Positions 17,541 through 20,000 of a DNA stretch of 20,000 nucleotides are shown here, in pieces. This DNA is from an uncultured virus (IMG/VR IMGVR_UViG_3300029319_000021). Its lineage: Duplodnaviria > Heunggongvirae > Uroviricota > Caudoviricetes. The translations under genes were made by a program, and so were the position numbers. How positions within the stretch are numbered: the stretch's first letter is position 1; each line of letters opens with the position of its first letter. The notes below the pieces were generated by a model. That model was not told where the DNA came from. It saw only the letters and a list, made by a program, of their open reading frames with translations, and searched no databases. The stretch lies in IMG/VR virus record IMGVR_UViG_3300029319_000021. One strand, 5' to 3'.

Positions 17541-17810
17541 ATGACTACTAGAGTTCCAAAACACGATTTAAATCACGAAGTTTATCTTGATCCTAAGGAT
17601 GGGAAGGAGCATATCAATCATGGTATGCTTGAATACTCTAAGGATGAGTTGGAACTTCACAATGATGCTTTTCATGCTCATGAGGAGAATGAAGAAAATC
17701 TTGGTGGTGCTAAGATTAATGATTGGCATACTAGACATGAGGATAAGCATTTAGAAGTATATTGTGACAACCATCCTGACTCATTAGAGTGCAGAGTGTA
17801 TGATGATTAG
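17541..17810 (+). CDS. cp12: CP12 Calvin-cycle inhibitor-like protein (auxiliary metabolic gene)
   Basis: The C-terminus LEVYCDNHPDSLECRVYDD matches the CP12 C-x8-C-x-x-Y-D-D GAPDH-binding tail. The N-terminus is acidic and His-rich. Confidence 0.85.
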   Translation: MTTRVPKHDLNHEVYLDPKDGKEHINHGMLEYSKDELELHNDAFHAHEENEENLGGAKINDWHTRHEDKHLEVYCDNHPDSLECRVYDD

Positions 17811-17868
17811 GACAGTTTAACATAGTGGTACACAGACCCCTTTACAGGGGTTTTTTTAATGGTATAAT
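17810..17868 (+). promoter_or_regulatory. Early promoter / stem-loop element (PeSL-like) D
   Basis: GGACAGTTTAACATAGTGGTACACA box. Hairpin AGACCCCT-ttac-AGGGGTTT with a T-run. TTTACA, 16 nt spacer, TGG-TATAAT (17863-17868). Confidence 0.8.
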
Positions 17869-17894
17869 AATAGTATTATACAAGGAGATCACCA

Positions 17895-18434
17895 ATGAAA
17901 GTAACTAAACTTTCGGAGATTGTTGCTCTCGGTTTTGAAGAACTCATTACTGAAGGCGATACGAGAGAAATAGGAAAATTTCTTGCTTTCCCAACTGAGA
18001 GAATCATAGCACCACAATGGCTACGAGAGGAGTGTGGTGTTTATACAGAACAATCACCTGATGATGATGAAGGACAACAAGAGAAGTATGATAGACTATC
18101 TACCAATGGTTTAAGAATACAGGTCAAGTTTCGTGGTGGTAAAACATTACACATGGAGCAAACTAGAAGAACAACAGGGAAAAATGCAACTGCTGGTGCA
18201 AAAAATGGTCAAGTACGTTATGCTATTGGATCATTTGATGTTATACTATTCATTATTCCTACCAACCATAATAATATAGATGATTGGGAATATCTAGCAA
18301 TTCCAAACTATGAATTAGAAGATGATAAAATGAGTGGGTATTGTGTTGGTCAAATACCAAGTAGATTGAGAAGGAAGTATGCAGGTAGAGCAAAAGAAGT
18401 GATTACAGCAATGGAAGATGCTAAACGAGTATAG
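17895..18434 (+). CDS. Putative PD-(D/E)XK-fold endonuclease (type II restriction enzyme candidate)
   Basis: TE...KYDRL...RIQVKFR catalytic-like motif, later FDVILF. SD AAGGAG. Overlaps an MTase gene. Confidence 0.55.
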   Translation: MKVTKLSEIVALGFEELITEGDTREIGKFLAFPTERIIAPQWLREECGVYTEQSPDDDEGQQEKYDRLSTNGLRIQVKFRGGKTLHMEQTRRTTGKNATAGAKNGQVRYAIGSFDVILFIIPTNHNNIDDWEYLAIPNYELEDDKMSGYCVGQIPSRLRRKYAGRAKEVITAMEDAKRV

Positions 18435-19401
18435 TATTGGTGATAGTAAAGAACTACTGAAAGAAGTAGAATCTAGTACAGTGGATTTAATTTATATTGA
18501 TCCACCGTATTGTACTGGACGAGATTTCTATCATTTTGATGATAGATTTAAATCTAGTAGTGACTATAGAGAATTATTGATAAGACCATTAATACTAGAA
18601 TGTCATAGAGTATTGAGTGATGTTGGTAATCTCGTAGTGCATGTTGAACCAAAAGTATCTCATCATATTAGAATTGTATTGGATGATGTATTTGGTGAGA
18701 CTAGATTTAAGAACGAGATAGTATGGATCTCTGGTGGTAATCATAAATCAAAGAAACAATTACAACGTAATCATGATACTATAATTGTTTATCAAAAGGG
18801 TAAAGAATCAATATACAATCCCGAACATAGAGAATATGATGCTGAGACAGTAAGAAAAGCAAAGATATGCCCATATCGTAAAAAGAAATATAATACATCC
18901 GCACTGGTAAATAGACAACCAAATGTAGTATCGAGACCTAATCTAAGATATGAATGGAATGGAAACCATTTACAATGGCATGTTTCGAGAGAGAGAATGG
19001 AAATGTTACATAATGATAATAGGTTAGAGTATTCATCTAATACAGGTATTCCAAGAGTCAAGAAGTATCTTGATGAAATGGATGGTATTCCAATTAAAGA
19101 TGTATGGTCAGACATTAAACAAATACAGGGAATAGAAAAGTTGGATTATGCTACACAGAAACCAGTAGCATTATTGAATAGAATTGTGAACATGTTTAGT
19201 AATGAGGGATCAACTGTATTGGATCCTTGTGCTGGTAGTGGTACAGTTGGTAGATCTGCTATACTAACAGGCAGAAATTATATACTATTTGATCTCAATG
19301 AAGATGGTAAAGCATTATTCAATAAATCGCTAGTGGGGCTTGTGCCACTTCATAAAGAGTCACAACCAATGTTGAATCCCCTTGAAAATCTGTTATATTA
19401 A
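18418..19401 (+). CDS. DNA adenine (N6) methyltransferase, beta class
   Basis: DLIYIDPPY, FKNEIVW, YATQKPVALLNRIV, VLDPCAGSGT. Confidence 0.92.
   Translation: MLNEYSIGDSKELLKEVESSTVDLIYIDPPYCTGRDFYHFDDRFKSSSDYRELLIRPLILECHRVLSDVGNLVVHVEPKVSHHIRIVLDDVFGETRFKNEIVWISGGNHKSKKQLQRNHDTIIVYQKGKESIYNPEHREYDAETVRKAKICPYRKKKYNTSALVNRQPNVVSRPNLRYEWNGNHLQWHVSRERMEMLHNDNRLEYSSNTGIPRVKKYLDEMDGIPIKDVWSDIKQIQGIEKLDYATQKPVALLNRIVNMFSNEGSTVLDPCAGSGTVGRSAILTGRNYILFDLNEDGKALFNKSLVGLVPLHKESQPMLNPLENLLY
19342..19399 (+). promoter_or_regulatory. Early promoter element E inside the MTase 3' end
   Basis: GTGCCACTTCATAAAGAGTCACAA box. TTGAAT (19372-19377), 16 nt spacer, TGT-TATATT (19394-19399). Confidence 0.65.
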
Positions 19402-19405
19402 ACAT

Positions 19406-19480
19406 GGGAAACAAACATACTAAGTCATTAGATGACTAAAGACACAACTAGCATAGTTGTGACGGTATTTTTTGTTTCTC
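19406..19480 (+). ncRNA. Putative structured RNA / leader 1 (three-way junction)
   Basis: Closing stem GGGAAACAAA/TTTGTTTCTC extended by ATAC/GTAT. Internal hairpins AGTCAT-tag-ATGACT and CACAACTA-gca-TAGTTGTG. Starts 7 nt after the -10. Confidence 0.6.
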
Positions 19481-19507
19481 TCACCTTCCAAACCTGACTT
19501 TTTTATT

Positions 19508-19621
19508 ATGTCACCTAATTTTGCAGAATTTCTTTTGGACACTACCAACAATGGAAATGAGATCCTAGCAGTTCTCGAAGATATTGTAGAGGTAGTAGAG
19601 ACAGGAGGAACCGACCTATAG
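19508..19621 (+). CDS. Small acidic peptide, 37 aa (MSPNFAEFLLDTTNNGNEILAVLEDIVEVVETGGTDL)
   Basis: Translated by hand. It is the plausible + strand ORF between RNA 1 and element F. 8 D/E, no K/R. Confidence 0.6.
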   Translation: MSPNFAEFLLDTTNNGNEILAVLEDIVEVVETGGTDL

Positions 19622-19680
19622 GACAATTTAATTAGTGTCACAAGCCCCCTTCACAGGGGGTTTTTTAATGCTATTATAAT
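19621..19680 (+). promoter_or_regulatory. Early promoter / stem-loop element (PeSL-like) F
   Basis: GGACAATTTAATTAGTGTCACAA box. Hairpin AAGCCCCCT-tcac-AGGGGGTTT with a T-run. TTCACA, 16 nt spacer, TGC-TATTAT (TATAAT overlaps it). Confidence 0.8.
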
Positions 19681-19684
19681 AGTG

Positions 19685-19766
19685 GGGAAACAAAACAGGC
19701 AAGGATCTATGGTTGTCTTTGTTCAGCAGAGAAATTACGTCCTGTAAGTCCTAGTTTTTGTTTCTC
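19685..19766 (+). ncRNA. Putative structured RNA / leader 2 (multi-way junction)
   Basis: Closing stem GGGAAACAAAAC-AGG / CCT-a-GTTTTTGTTTCTC. Internal hairpins CAAGGAT/GTCTTTG and TTAC/GTAA, possibly TTC/GAA. Confidence 0.55.
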
Positions 19767-19790
19767 GCATCCAATTATCCCCTTATTCCT

Positions 19791-20000
19791 ATGGCAAGAG
19801 AAGGACTACCCACAGGTCAAATGCAAGAAGAGACACAGGAACTTCTTGATGAGTATAATGAACTCTACAACTGGGAGTACAACGATATGGTTGACTTCAT
19901 TAAGAGTTATGGAGAGGAAGCATTTAGAGAGTATTATGATGACTATCATGGTCAAGTAGATGAGTTAGGTATCGAACCAGTTGAAGCATTTATAGAAGTA
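19791..20000 (+). CDS. Highly acidic early protein, 3'-truncated; possible ArdA-like antirestriction / DNA mimic
   Basis: Translated by hand: MAREGLPTGQMQEETQELLDEYNELYNWEYNDMVDFIKSYGEEAFREYYDDYHGQVDELGIEPVEAFIEV. 20 D/E versus 3 K/R in 70 aa. Confidence 0.6.
   Translation, partial: MAREGLPTGQMQEETQELLDEYNELYNWEYNDMVDFIKSYGEEAFREYYDDYHGQVDELGIEPVEAFIEV

Noticed and set aside
19406..19480. Hammerhead ribozyme reading of the three-way junction
   Set aside because: The conserved CUGANGA and GAAA core is not present at the junction.
10156..19641. Minus-strand ORFs in the accessory region (e.g. 10871-11125, 19420-19641)
   Set aside because: They overlap better-supported + strand genes, and every promoter found points in the + direction.
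8636..19680. CRISPR array or IS ends as an explanation for the dispersed repeats
   Set aside because: The copies are degenerate and hundreds to thousands of bases apart, each tied to a -10. No cas or transposase gene is present.
19685..19766. tRNA reading of the cloverleaf-like fold
   Set aside because: No T-loop GTTCRA, no D-loop GG in a proper arm, no 7-bp acceptor stem or CCA.

Overview
AT-rich fragment of a T4-like marine cyanophage (Prochlorococcus/Synechococcus myovirus type). All credible genes are on the + strand. 1-8559 is a late structural block: the end of a tail fibre with an S74 chaperone, a 1517-aa tail fibre, a subtilisin-like S8 protease and a second S74 fibre. 8560-20000 is an accessory region divided by about six related early-promoter elements, each with a palindromic box, usually a stem-loop, and sigma70 -35/-10 hexamers (PeSL-like). 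The cassettes carry a nuclease-less SF2 helicase plus an N4-C-type methyltransferase, many small ORFs, and a Cys-peptide gene behind an NtcA box. They also carry three 2OG-Fe(II) oxygenases and a Cys-rich protein surrounding a Cys-rich gp38-like glycine-rich adhesin, CP12, a PD-(D/E)XK nuclease plus adenine methyltransferase pair, and two acidic early proteins. Each acidic protein sits behind a multi-stem RNA, and the two RNAs share the same GGGAAACAAA...TTTGTTTCTC closing stem. All family assignments come from reading motifs by eye, not from database searches.
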